DNA of 64,000 nucleotides from a virus. Positions 44,625 through 53,685 of the stretch are shown piece by piece. The notes under the pieces were generated by a model that was not told the origin of the DNA, did no database searches, and worked only from the letters and a program-made list of their open reading frames with translations. Numbering within the stretch: the stretch's first letter is position 1; each line of letters opens with the position of its first letter. Position numbers and translations under genes: made by a program. The DNA is taken from positions 32,001 to 96,000 of IMG/VR virus record IMGVR_UViG_3300030102_008089; one strand, 5' to 3'.

Positions 44625-45535
44625 CTTCTAAGAAAGAAAACTTGCTGGACTTTGTTGGGTATCACGAAAAGTGGCATGGAGAGCCACAATCATATAGAAA
44701 GAAATATCAGTTTAACCAAAACGACTTTTTAATTGAAGAAATTTTTAAAAGGATTGGAGTTGAGGGTGGTACATTTGTCGAGTTCGGTGCCTGGAACGGT
44801 ATAAAGGGGTCCAATACTAGAAAGCTGTTTTTGAGCGGCTGGGGTGGTATCTTAATAGAGCCCGAAGAGAGCAGGTTCGATGAGTTACAAAAAAATTACT
44901 CAAATAATCCAAATGTTGTAACAATTAATTCTTTTGTAACCCCAGACGGTAGTACAACATTTGATAATCTTGTAAATGATTATGTGACAGACGGTATAGA
45001 TTTTTGCTCTATAGACATAGACGGTCTTGATTTGGATGTTTTTGAAGCTATTGAGAAGCATCTTCCAACAGTTGTTTGCATAGAGGGTGGACAAATGCTC
45101 TCCCCTGTGCATCAAGAGAGGTTGCCGACTGAAATTTCTAGCGAAAATATGCAACAAGGTTTGTTCATAATGAACAAGTCGTTTGAAGAAAAAGGGTATA
45201 AGATTCTCTGCTCTTATCAAGATACTTTCTTCATCAAAAAGGAATACTATCATTTATTTAACACAACAGGTGATTTGGTAGAACTTTACCTTGATGGTAT
45301 TTTAGCTTATCCAAGAATTCCATGGATTTTGCAAAAAATATCAGAGGTTAATTATAGGTTTGGTATCAATTTGTCTAATGACTTCTTATTATATGCTATA
45401 AGAGATGTTCCCTATTGCCACCCACAGGCACCCACAGAACATAAGATTTCTTGGGTAAATGAAAATTATTCAAACATTGTTAAAAATATAGAAACTATTA
45501 GACAGAAATATGTAGAAAGCATAAAGGAGAAATAA
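44621..45535 (+). CDS. FkbM-like SAM methyltransferase
   Basis: FVEFGAWNG..SNT, GILIEP, SIDIDG. Confidence 0.8.
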   Translation: MTSKKENLLDFVGYHEKWHGEPQSYRKKYQFNQNDFLIEEIFKRIGVEGGTFVEFGAWNGIKGSNTRKLFLSGWGGILIEPEESRFDELQKNYSNNPNVVTINSFVTPDGSTTFDNLVNDYVTDGIDFCSIDIDGLDLDVFEAIEKHLPTVVCIEGGQMLSPVHQERLPTEISSENMQQGLFIMNKSFEEKGYKILCSYQDTFFIKKEYYHLFNTTGDLVELYLDGILAYPRIPWILQKISEVNYRFGINLSNDFLLYAIRDVPYCHPQAPTEHKISWVNENYSNIVKNIETIRQKYVESIKEK

Positions 45536-46230
45536 TGTCTTATCTAGGTTACACAAAAATGATTTCGGAATATTGCGCTTCAGTATATTTTGAGACTAGA
45601 CGACCCGTTAGGATTTTAGAGATTGGAGTCAGCAAGGGACAAACAGCACTTCCATTATTGAGCAACCTAACGACGGAAAGAGTTGATTTTATGTTTGTGG
45701 GTGTAGATGTATTAAAAGATGAAACATTTGAAACTCAGATACAATATATGGATGGTGTCAGACCCGCACTCTGGACAAATGAGGGAACAATATCAGAACA
45801 CAAACGTCCTAATTATTTTTACACAATTAGAAATAGCTTAGAGTTTCTTCCTGAACTAGTACAAAACAATGTAAAATTTGATTGCATCTTATTAGATGGA
45901 GACCATAACTATGCCACAGTCTCAGAAGAACTAAAATATTTTAATAGTTTAACAGAACATCATGCTGTTTGTTTTGCTGACGATTATAATGGCAAGCACG
46001 CTGGAAAAGATTCTTTTTATAGCGAAAACGATGAGCATCAACAAGTGAAAGATATGTTTATTGAATTAAAAAATGATATCAATAAACAAGGGGTAGATAC
46101 TGCTATAGATGAATTTCTTGAAAAAAATAATGAGTGGGATATGTTTAATCCAATGCCCCAATTTGAACCAGTGGTTATGTTTAAGAATATGACACTTGAT
46201 GAAAAAAATATGAGCCTAACAAAGGTATGA
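45535..46230 (+). CDS. Class I SAM methyltransferase
   Basis: ILEIGVSKG, LLDGDHNY, ADDY. Confidence 0.8.
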   Translation: MSYLGYTKMISEYCASVYFETRRPVRILEIGVSKGQTALPLLSNLTTERVDFMFVGVDVLKDETFETQIQYMDGVRPALWTNEGTISEHKRPNYFYTIRNSLEFLPELVQNNVKFDCILLDGDHNYATVSEELKYFNSLTEHHAVCFADDYNGKHAGKDSFYSENDEHQQVKDMFIELKNDINKQGVDTAIDEFLEKNNEWDMFNPMPQFEPVVMFKNMTLDEKNMSLTKV

Positions 46231-46240
46231 GAACACGAAC

Positions 46241-47071
46241 TTGATAGTTATACAGTTAACAAATGGATTTGGAAATAATTTATTCCAATATAATGCAGCA
46301 AAATTATTGGCAGAGTTCCTTGGACAAGAGGTATACTGTGTGCCGCCATTTCAAGATTACTATGCAATAAGTTCACTCAAATCGTTAGGTTTCAAGTTCC
46401 TAGAAAACAATCACACGGTTTCTGGAGTTGTTGTCCCAGAGAATTCTTATAACCTGTGTTTCGATAAAAAATACGAAAACGAAACATTTATTTTGTCTGG
46501 GTACTTTGAAGATTATCGATACTTTGACAAAGACATAAATAAGATAAAATCTTGGTACCCAAAGGCAGAAAAAAGAAAAGACAAAGATCTTGTTATACAC
46601 TTTAGGGCTGGAGATAGGTTATTTTACAAAAATGAGTTTTATACCAAACCACAAGTGCAGAATTATAAGAGAGCAATAGAAAAATTTAATTTTGATAAAC
46701 TTCATATTGTAACTGATATGCCAAAGTGGGACTTTATCACCAAGAGTGATCTAAAGTCCATGAGTTTTCATTATAATGTGCCAGAGAAAGATAGGGTCTC
46801 AGCACAGGAGTCGGTTGATTACTTTAATTCGTTCATTGACGGGTTTTCAGAATATAATCCAATTATGGAAAAAAGATCGATCGTAGATGACTTTAACTTC
46901 ATAAGAACCTTTGATAATATATTGTTCCAACATGGGACATTAGGATGGTGGGCTTCGGCTTTGAGTGAAGCATCCAAAGTTGGTGTTTATGGACCTTGGC
47001 GGACTTGGAAGGCAGACTCTAATAAAAACTTAAGTCAAGTTGGCCTAGAAGGTTGGTTTAAATGGGAATAA
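46241..47071 (+). CDS. GT11 alpha-1,2-fucosyltransferase-like protein
   Basis: GFGNNLFQY, GYFE, IHFRAGD, GTLGWWAS. Confidence 0.82.
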   Translation: MIVIQLTNGFGNNLFQYNAAKLLAEFLGQEVYCVPPFQDYYAISSLKSLGFKFLENNHTVSGVVVPENSYNLCFDKKYENETFILSGYFEDYRYFDKDINKIKSWYPKAEKRKDKDLVIHFRAGDRLFYKNEFYTKPQVQNYKRAIEKFNFDKLHIVTDMPKWDFITKSDLKSMSFHYNVPEKDRVSAQESVDYFNSFIDGFSEYNPIMEKRSIVDDFNFIRTFDNILFQHGTLGWWASALSEASKVGVYGPWRTWKADSNKNLSQVGLEGWFKWE

Positions 47072-47074
47072 AAA

Positions 47075-47929
47075 ATGAGTAAAATAGGAATAATTGGTTG
47101 CGGTTTTGTTGGTTCATCTATAAAATCTGGACTGTGTGAAAAGAACAATGTCAATTCATATGACAAATACAACACTGACTTATCCACGGTTGATAATCTT
47201 CAAGCACTTGTGGAAAAATCTGATATACTTTTTGTATGTGTGCCAACACCTATGAACAAGGATGGTTCCTGTGATACAAGAATAGTGGAATCTACTGTTC
47301 TTGAAGTGGATAAAATCACAAATCCTTTAAGTAAAAAAATAGTAGTAATAAAATCAACAGTTCCGCCAGGAACAACCAGTAAGCTACAGAGCGAAACTGC
47401 TAATGTAGATGTGGTTTTTAATCCTGAGTTTTTAACGGAGGCAAATCACATTGAAGATTTTAAAAACCAAAAAAGAATTGTATTAGGAGGAGACGGGTGT
47501 ACTCCCGCTCTGGAAAAGCTCAAAGCAATGTATATGAAACAGTTCCCAGAGGTTCCGTATGTTTTGTGTGGCTCTTTAGAGGCGGAAATTACGAAATATT
47601 TTTGCAACTGCTACTTGGCTACTAAAGTTTCATTTGCTAATGAAATGAGACAACTATGTGACTCTCTAAATGCAGATTACAACAGAGTGGTTGAGGCTTC
47701 CGTGTACGATACGAGAATTGGAAAAAGCCACCTTGCAGTCCCAGGACCTGATGGTAAAAAAGGCTTTGGTGGATCTTGTTTTCCAAAAGACATTAATGCT
47801 ATTATGGACGTAATGAAAAAAAACAACATAGAGTCAAAAGTTCTTAGGGCTGTGTGGGACAAAAATCTAGAAGTTAGACCAGAAAAAGATTGGGAACAAT
47901 TAAAAGGAAGGGCAGTAAGTTATGAATAA
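47075..47929 (+). CDS. UDP-glucose/GDP-mannose 6-dehydrogenase family (short form)
   Basis: GCGFVG, CVPTP, KSTVPPG, NPEFL, GFGGSCFPKD. Confidence 0.9.
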   Translation: MSKIGIIGCGFVGSSIKSGLCEKNNVNSYDKYNTDLSTVDNLQALVEKSDILFVCVPTPMNKDGSCDTRIVESTVLEVDKITNPLSKKIVVIKSTVPPGTTSKLQSETANVDVVFNPEFLTEANHIEDFKNQKRIVLGGDGCTPALEKLKAMYMKQFPEVPYVLCGSLEAEITKYFCNCYLATKVSFANEMRQLCDSLNADYNRVVEASVYDTRIGKSHLAVPGPDGKKGFGGSCFPKDINAIMDVMKKNNIESKVLRAVWDKNLEVRPEKDWEQLKGRAVSYE

Positions 47930-48857
47930 AATACTTGTAACTGGCGGCTCGGGAATGGTTGGTCACGCTGTCAAGCAAGTATGCCCCAGTGCAGACTATC
48001 CTACACGAAAAGAGTTAGACCTACTTGATGAAGAAGCTGTTAAAGATTTTGTAAAAGATGGTCATTATAATTTTGTGATACATTTAGCAGCAAAAGTTGG
48101 CGGTGTCAAGGCCAATACTGATTATGTGGCAGGTTTTTATACAGACAATTGTAAGATAAATTCAAATGTCCTGCATGCTAGTATGCTGGCGGGCGTAGAG
48201 AAAGTAGTTTCGCTTCTGTCTACTTGCGTATATCCAGATAAGGTTACATATCCTATTACAGAAGAGCAGCTTCATTTGGGGCCTCCGCATCCCTCTAACT
48301 TTGGATACGCATATTCCAAAAGAATGGTGGATGTTCAAAGTAGAGCATATCGCCAACAGCATGGTTGTAACTTTATTTGTGCTATTCCAAATAATCTTTA
48401 TGGAGAAAATGACAACTATCATTTGACAGATGGTCACGTTATTCCTGCCCTTATGAGAAGAATATATGAGGCTAAGCTAAACGGTGATTCAGAAGTCGAG
48501 GTGTGGGGAGATGGATCTCCTCGCCGAGAATTTACTTACTCTCCCGATATTGCGGAAATTTTACTGTATTTGTTGAAAAGCTATGATAGTGCAGATCCGA
48601 TAAATATAGGACACACAGCAGAATTGTCTATCAAGGAGGTGGCTGAATCTCTTTGCGAAAATTTAGGTTTTAGCGGAAAGATTTCTTGGAACACTAGTAT
48701 GCCAAACGGACAGTTTAGAAAGCCAAGTAGTAATAGAAAATTTCTAGATTTTGGCTGGGATGAAAATAAATATACTAGCTTTGACGTTGGTATAAAGAAA
48801 TCTTGTGAATGGTTTGTAAATAATTACCCAAATATTAGAGGCAAAGTATATGACTAG
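47922..48857 (+). CDS. fcl: GDP-L-fucose synthase
   Basis: GGSGMVG, AAKVGG, STCVYP, YAYSKR, PNNLYG..DNY, HVIP, WGDGSPRREF. Confidence 0.88.
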   Translation: MNKILVTGGSGMVGHAVKQVCPSADYPTRKELDLLDEEAVKDFVKDGHYNFVIHLAAKVGGVKANTDYVAGFYTDNCKINSNVLHASMLAGVEKVVSLLSTCVYPDKVTYPITEEQLHLGPPHPSNFGYAYSKRMVDVQSRAYRQQHGCNFICAIPNNLYGENDNYHLTDGHVIPALMRRIYEAKLNGDSEVEVWGDGSPRREFTYSPDIAEILLYLLKSYDSADPINIGHTAELSIKEVAESLCENLGFSGKISWNTSMPNGQFRKPSSNRKFLDFGWDENKYTSFDVGIKKSCEWFVNNYPNIRGKVYD

Positions 48858-49716
48858 ATGTTTGGTAACGGGACACAAAGGTTACATTGGGGCGCACTTA
48901 TTTAATAAGCTAAAAGAGTTGGGTCACGATGTTAGAGGTATTGATTATAAAGATAATCCTTCGGAAGATCTGTTGGTAGTTTTGGACAATGACCCATCTT
49001 ATGCCGAATTTAAACCAGAAGTAATCTTTCACATGGCTTGTATTCCTCGTGTTGGTTATAGTATGGAATACCCTGTTGAGACTATGACAAACAATGTTCT
49101 AGCCACAACTAAGATTTTAAACTTTGCTAATAAAGTAAAAGCCAAAAGAGTAATTTACTCAGGATCCTCTTCGGTTGTTGGTGACGGTAATGGTCCCAAT
49201 AGTCCTTATGGTCTACAGAAACTTATTTCGGAGATGGAGTGTAAGCTATACGCAAAAGTTTTCGATATCGATACAGTCACTCTCAGGTATTTTAATGTTT
49301 ACTCGCCTGATCAATCTGCTAGTGGTCCGTATGCCACAGCAATTTCAAACTATATGCAATATATTCGAGATGGTCGAACACCCTTTATTACTGGTGACGG
49401 TAATCAGCGTAGAGATATGGTTAATGTTAAGGATGTTGTTGGTGCTAATATATTTGCTATGAATCACAATAAGAATTTTAATGGAAAACATTATGATGTT
49501 GGTACAGGAAGTAATATTTCTCTCAATGAAGTAAAAGATATTGTTCAAAAACACTTCCCAGGTTTAGATTTTGAATATGTAGAAGACAGGCCTGGCGACA
49601 TTTTATTTACACAAGCTGATGTTAAACCATTAAAGAAACTTGGCTGGAGTGCTAAGATAGATATACGAAACGGAATTAATGAATGTTTCCAGAAAACAAA
49701 AGGAGAAATAAAATGA
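48850..49716 (+). CDS. NAD-dependent epimerase/dehydratase
   Basis: GHKGYIG, YGLQK, RYFNVY, GDGNQRRD. Confidence 0.9.
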   Translation: MTRCLVTGHKGYIGAHLFNKLKELGHDVRGIDYKDNPSEDLLVVLDNDPSYAEFKPEVIFHMACIPRVGYSMEYPVETMTNNVLATTKILNFANKVKAKRVIYSGSSSVVGDGNGPNSPYGLQKLISEMECKLYAKVFDIDTVTLRYFNVYSPDQSASGPYATAISNYMQYIRDGRTPFITGDGNQRRDMVNVKDVVGANIFAMNHNKNFNGKHYDVGTGSNISLNEVKDIVQKHFPGLDFEYVEDRPGDILFTQADVKPLKKLGWSAKIDIRNGINECFQKTKGEIK

Positions 49717-49880
49717 AATTTTCTAACCAAGCAATTGGCTCTCTATTGATGACTTTACAAAAATGTCTGTCAGAGCAGACGGATATTACTGAATTGTTGG
49801 CAGATTGGGACCTAGAAATTAAAAACGACGAAATTGTAGTAACTAATCCTCCGTCTTTTAAGTCAGATGTTATTGAGTAA
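49713..49880 (+). CDS. Small hypothetical protein (55 aa)
   Basis: Start moved to ATG 49713 behind AAGGAG. Confidence 0.7.
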   Translation: MKFSNQAIGSLLMTLQKCLSEQTDITELLADWDLEIKNDEIVVTNPPSFKSDVIE

Positions 49881-50143
49881 TGCCACTTTATAACTACGAT
49901 TGTTTGGAGTGTGATAGTAGTTTTGAACTTAGGCACTCTTACAAAGAAAAGAATGTCGAGTGTATTGTGTGTAAGTCAAAGAACATTAAAAAGAACTTAT
50001 CACAACGATCGCAAGTAACAAAAAAAATATCTTTTGTGGATAAAAAACTTGGATCTGAAGTAGAGAATGCAATTCAAGAAGGAAGACAAGATTTAAACAA
50101 ACAAAAGTCAAAAATAAAGAACCGAACCTACATCAAAAAATGA
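49880..50143 (+). CDS. FmdB-like zinc-ribbon protein
   Basis: MPLYNYDCLEC...CIVC. Confidence 0.8.
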   Translation: MPLYNYDCLECDSSFELRHSYKEKNVECIVCKSKNIKKNLSQRSQVTKKISFVDKKLGSEVENAIQEGRQDLNKQKSKIKNRTYIKK

Positions 50144-50436
50144 CAAATACTTTATTATCAATATTTTTGTTCTTATCTGTATCGATAAACATATTGTTTT
50201 TCTGGTACATTCGAAATCTTTTGCAGTATTTAAAAACAACAAATGAGGAAACAAAAGAAGTCTTGATAAAGATATCCGATTTTAGTGAGCATTTAACAAC
50301 TGTTTATAACAGGGATATTTTTTATGGTGATGCTACTCTTGAGGCTTTACTTCTGCACACTCAAGAAATGTCAGAGGAAATGGAAGCTTTTGTTAAGACA
50401 AACAATAATATTATGTTAGAGACTGAAGATGCCTAG
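50140..50436 (+). CDS. Hypothetical membrane protein
   Basis: N-terminal transmembrane helix followed by a helical region. Confidence 0.65.
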   Translation: MTNTLLSIFLFLSVSINILFFWYIRNLLQYLKTTNEETKEVLIKISDFSEHLTTVYNRDIFYGDATLEALLLHTQEMSEEMEAFVKTNNNIMLETEDA

Positions 50437-51118
50437 AAAAAAGAACAGCAAAAAGTATTATTTTACAGAAATAACAGAAAAGGCAATAATTGATTACTGT
50501 AATACCGATAGCCTCTCGGAGAGGTCAGATTTATATATACAGCATATTCAGCCTGCCTTTGATGAATTAGTTGATAAAATTGTTTACACCTATAAATTTA
50601 CTTCTCTTGAGAACATAGATTATCATAAAGATGATTGTAAAATTTGGCTGACAACTATTTTAGGAAAGTTTGATCCATCAAAAAATAAAAAAGCTTTTTC
50701 GTATTTTTCAGTAGTCACTAAAAATTGGTTTACACATAAGGCAAAAAAACAAACAAAAAGAAATAGACGTGAAGTCAATTACGACGAAATGATCAGAGAG
50801 ATAGAGATTGTTTCTACAGACCCATCAAACAATCTTCTAGAAGAGGTTGAGGAAAGACAATTTTGGATGACACTTTTAAATGAAGTGAATACCTGGCAAA
50901 AACTTCCTTTAAAACCTAACGAGCAGAAAGTTCTTGATGCTGTTTTGACATTGATGGAGAATATTGATAAAATAGAAATCTTTAACAAAAAAGCAATTTA
51001 TCTCTATATGAGAGAGATAACAGGACTTAACACAAAGCAGATAGTCAGTTGTTTAAACAAAATGAGAGAAAGATATAGGATCTTTAAAAAGAAGTGGGAT
51101 GATGGAGAAATTTATTAG
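50429..51118 (+). CDS. Phage sigma factor, T4 gp55-like (late)
   Basis: KFDPSKNKKAFSYFSVV resembles the gp55 NFDPEK..NPFAYFTQI region; C-terminal HTH-like segment. Confidence 0.65.
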   Translation: MPRKKNSKKYYFTEITEKAIIDYCNTDSLSERSDLYIQHIQPAFDELVDKIVYTYKFTSLENIDYHKDDCKIWLTTILGKFDPSKNKKAFSYFSVVTKNWFTHKAKKQTKRNRREVNYDEMIREIEIVSTDPSNNLLEEVEERQFWMTLLNEVNTWQKLPLKPNEQKVLDAVLTLMENIDKIEIFNKKAIYLYMREITGLNTKQIVSCLNKMRERYRIFKKKWDDGEIY

Positions 51119-51121
51119 CTT

Positions 51122-51130
51122 TCTATTTAT
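51122..51130 (+). promoter_or_regulatory. Putative late-promoter motif TCTATTTAT
   Basis: Ends 3 nt before ATG 51134 at the head of the baseplate region; no SD. Confidence 0.55.
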
Positions 51131-51133
51131 TGT

Positions 51134-51424
51134 ATGAAAAAAGATCTAAATTCACTAATAGAACAAGCCCTTGAAAATATCAACAAGGACAGACAGGAAA
51201 CAGAAGTACTCTTAGATAATTTAAAAGAGTACATGAATGTTTCAAATGAGCGGTACTCAGATTCAGGTGCGACTGCTGCCAAATTTGTGGAAACCCTGCA
51301 AAGAAGTAACGAACAACTAGTTAAACTTGCAACCTTAGTTTATAAAAAGGAACAGTCGTCAGGTAGCACTGGGTTGACAGATGACGACAAGGATCAGTTA
51401 TTTGATATCCTGAAGGAGGAATAG
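51134..51424 (+). CDS. Hypothetical protein
   Basis: 96 aa, helical, no recognised motif. Confidence 0.7.
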   Translation: MKKDLNSLIEQALENINKDRQETEVLLDNLKEYMNVSNERYSDSGATAAKFVETLQRSNEQLVKLATLVYKKEQSSGSTGLTDDDKDQLFDILKEE

Positions 51425-51425
51425 A

Positions 51426-52766
51426 ATGGCTGATGTTAGCTACTTAGCAAAAAGTATTGGAACTGGTGGAGATTTTCAAAAAAAACTTGAAGCCATCCTA
51501 AAAGATCAAAATACAGCAGAGATACCAACTAACAAAGCTTATGACCTAGAGCGCTCAAGTCCAACGGGTATCCTTAAGCAAATGATAAGAGAGCGGCACA
51601 CGCCGCAAACTATAAATCAAAAGCCTGTGGCAACAGCGCAAATTTTGAGAATAGAAAATGACTTACAATCATACTACGATGCAACAAATCCTGATCAGGA
51701 TACGGAAACAAAATATGTTTTAGCAAGATTTAGGGTCTTATCTGACAGAAGACATCATTGGCTTCCTGAGCCCAAAAGCTTTAATGAAGATGATATTATA
51801 TCTCTTTATCCTCTGGCAAAATATGCAGTCGTTGCAGGTATGGACCAAATGTTAAACCCAGGTGACATTGTTCAGGTTACATTTGAAAACCATGCTGATC
51901 AGTATTCTTCCTACTACGAAACAGCCACAATTAGTACTAATATAGGAAATATTGGACAAGTCGATTCTTTGACTGCTAATAAAAAGTGTGCCAATGTAAA
52001 ATTGCCACCACTACCAGCAGATGCAAATCCAGATAATTTAGCTACTGATCCTTGTTTGGCTATTGGAAATGTTGCAGGACAAAACGTATATAATGCCAAA
52101 AAAGAAGCCCAACAAAATAAGAAGCAAATTATTATTCCAAGATTTCCTGTAACATCAGGGTATTCTAAAATGTCTAATTGGGGACAAATTAGAAGAAGAA
52201 GTGATGGATCAACTAGGCGTCACTGGGGAGTTGACTACGATCTAAAAATGAACGATGTAGTTCAGGCTGCTTTAGATGGCGTAGTGATAAGAGCAACGAC
52301 ACAATATGGAAAGGATGATCAAGGGCAACGAACAGATAGAATTGTAGGATATGGAAATTATGTTGTACTTAAACACTCAATATATTCCAAAACTTTAAAT
52401 GGGCCACCTGTAATATTTTACACTCTTTACGCACACTTTGGCGATAATAGTGGGAGCAACAATGGATTTATGGTTAGAAAAGGACAAAAAGTCAAAAGAG
52501 GACAACCTATAGGGAAAGGTGGAAACAGCGGAACCAGTAGATCTGGACCTGGCGGCGATGGCTCACATTTGCATTTTGAATTTTTAGATAATCCCAACTT
52601 TGGTGCTGCTATCACACCCGCTCTAAAAAAGAAAAACTCAAAGGATCCCGAGACAGAATTTTTTAGAAGAGGGTTTTATATTGATACACCACAAGCAGCA
52701 AAAGAAAAGCGTGATAAAACTACTAAAGAACAGGCCCACGATGCATACGACGGAGCAGGACCATAA
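51426..52766 (+). CDS. Baseplate hub/spike-associated protein with M23 peptidase
   Basis: HWGVDY, YGNYVVLKH, YAH, HLHFE; OB-fold-like PGDIVQVTF in the N-part. Confidence 0.8.
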   Translation: MADVSYLAKSIGTGGDFQKKLEAILKDQNTAEIPTNKAYDLERSSPTGILKQMIRERHTPQTINQKPVATAQILRIENDLQSYYDATNPDQDTETKYVLARFRVLSDRRHHWLPEPKSFNEDDIISLYPLAKYAVVAGMDQMLNPGDIVQVTFENHADQYSSYYETATISTNIGNIGQVDSLTANKKCANVKLPPLPADANPDNLATDPCLAIGNVAGQNVYNAKKEAQQNKKQIIIPRFPVTSGYSKMSNWGQIRRRSDGSTRRHWGVDYDLKMNDVVQAALDGVVIRATTQYGKDDQGQRTDRIVGYGNYVVLKHSIYSKTLNGPPVIFYTLYAHFGDNSGSNNGFMVRKGQKVKRGQPIGKGGNSGTSRSGPGGDGSHLHFEFLDNPNFGAAITPALKKKNSKDPETEFFRRGFYIDTPQAAKEKRDKTTKEQAHDAYDGAGP

Positions 52767-53678
52767 ATGACTAAAGCACCAAATGACGCTCCTGCAAGAG
52801 TTGGGGATAATAAAGATCAAACTAAATCTGGAGGCACAGCATCTGTCGTAGAAAAGGGCAGAACAGGGCTCTTTCACAATTTGAGTCTTGGTGCAAACCC
52901 AACCCTGAATATGCAGCCAGCAGAAAATCATATTTCAGGTAAAGAAAATACTTTTATAATCATGGGCAGAGATCGTCCTGGCAGCGAAACTTCGGGAACA
53001 GGAGCAGAAGCCACAACAAATGTTGGCTGTATACAATTGATAGCAGGACTATCAGGAGTATTAGCTAGAGAAGTTAATGAAAAGAATGAAAGAGTTGTAA
53101 CTAATCCAAGTACAGAGTTAGATTCTGCTAAAATTTATATTTCACAAAGAGCAAAAGACATTGACTCAAAAGAGTATTTTCATTTAGCTGAGGGTAATGT
53201 TGGATACTTAACAAACCGTTCTGCTATTGCTATTAAGGCAGACTCTGTAAGAATTATCGGAAGAGAAGGAATAAAAATCGTAACAAGCGGTGACACCCGC
53301 AGTGGGTCTTCTGGGAAATTTATTGGGGGCACTGTGCAGGGAGTTGATATAATCGCTGGTAATGATGACACTGACCTACAGCCCATGGTGAAAGGTGATG
53401 ACTTAGCAAAGGTTCTCGATAGTTTATTAGAAATAATACAAGACATTCACTCTTCAGTAGCGTTCCAGCTAGAATTTACTTTAGCCTCTGCGGGTGCCCT
53501 AACAGATCCCACAGGTACATCCGCAGCAAAATTAACAACTATGTTAACAAGAATGCCCATGGAACTAAGTAATTTAGCTTGTCAAGAAAGAAACTTTGCC
53601 TTCCATAAAATGAACTATAGCGATAAAAACCCTTTTGCAAAATTTAACTTTCGAAGCAAACATAATAATGTAAACTAA
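52767..53678 (+). CDS. Putative baseplate spike protein (gp5 C-terminal-like)
   Basis: Beta-rich IIMGRDR, IYISQ, IAIKADSVRIIGR; context. Confidence 0.55.
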   Translation: MTKAPNDAPARVGDNKDQTKSGGTASVVEKGRTGLFHNLSLGANPTLNMQPAENHISGKENTFIIMGRDRPGSETSGTGAEATTNVGCIQLIAGLSGVLAREVNEKNERVVTNPSTELDSAKIYISQRAKDIDSKEYFHLAEGNVGYLTNRSAIAIKADSVRIIGREGIKIVTSGDTRSGSSGKFIGGTVQGVDIIAGNDDTDLQPMVKGDDLAKVLDSLLEIIQDIHSSVAFQLEFTLASAGALTDPTGTSAAKLTTMLTRMPMELSNLACQERNFAFHKMNYSDKNPFAKFNFRSKHNNVN

Positions 53679-53685
53679 GTATTTT

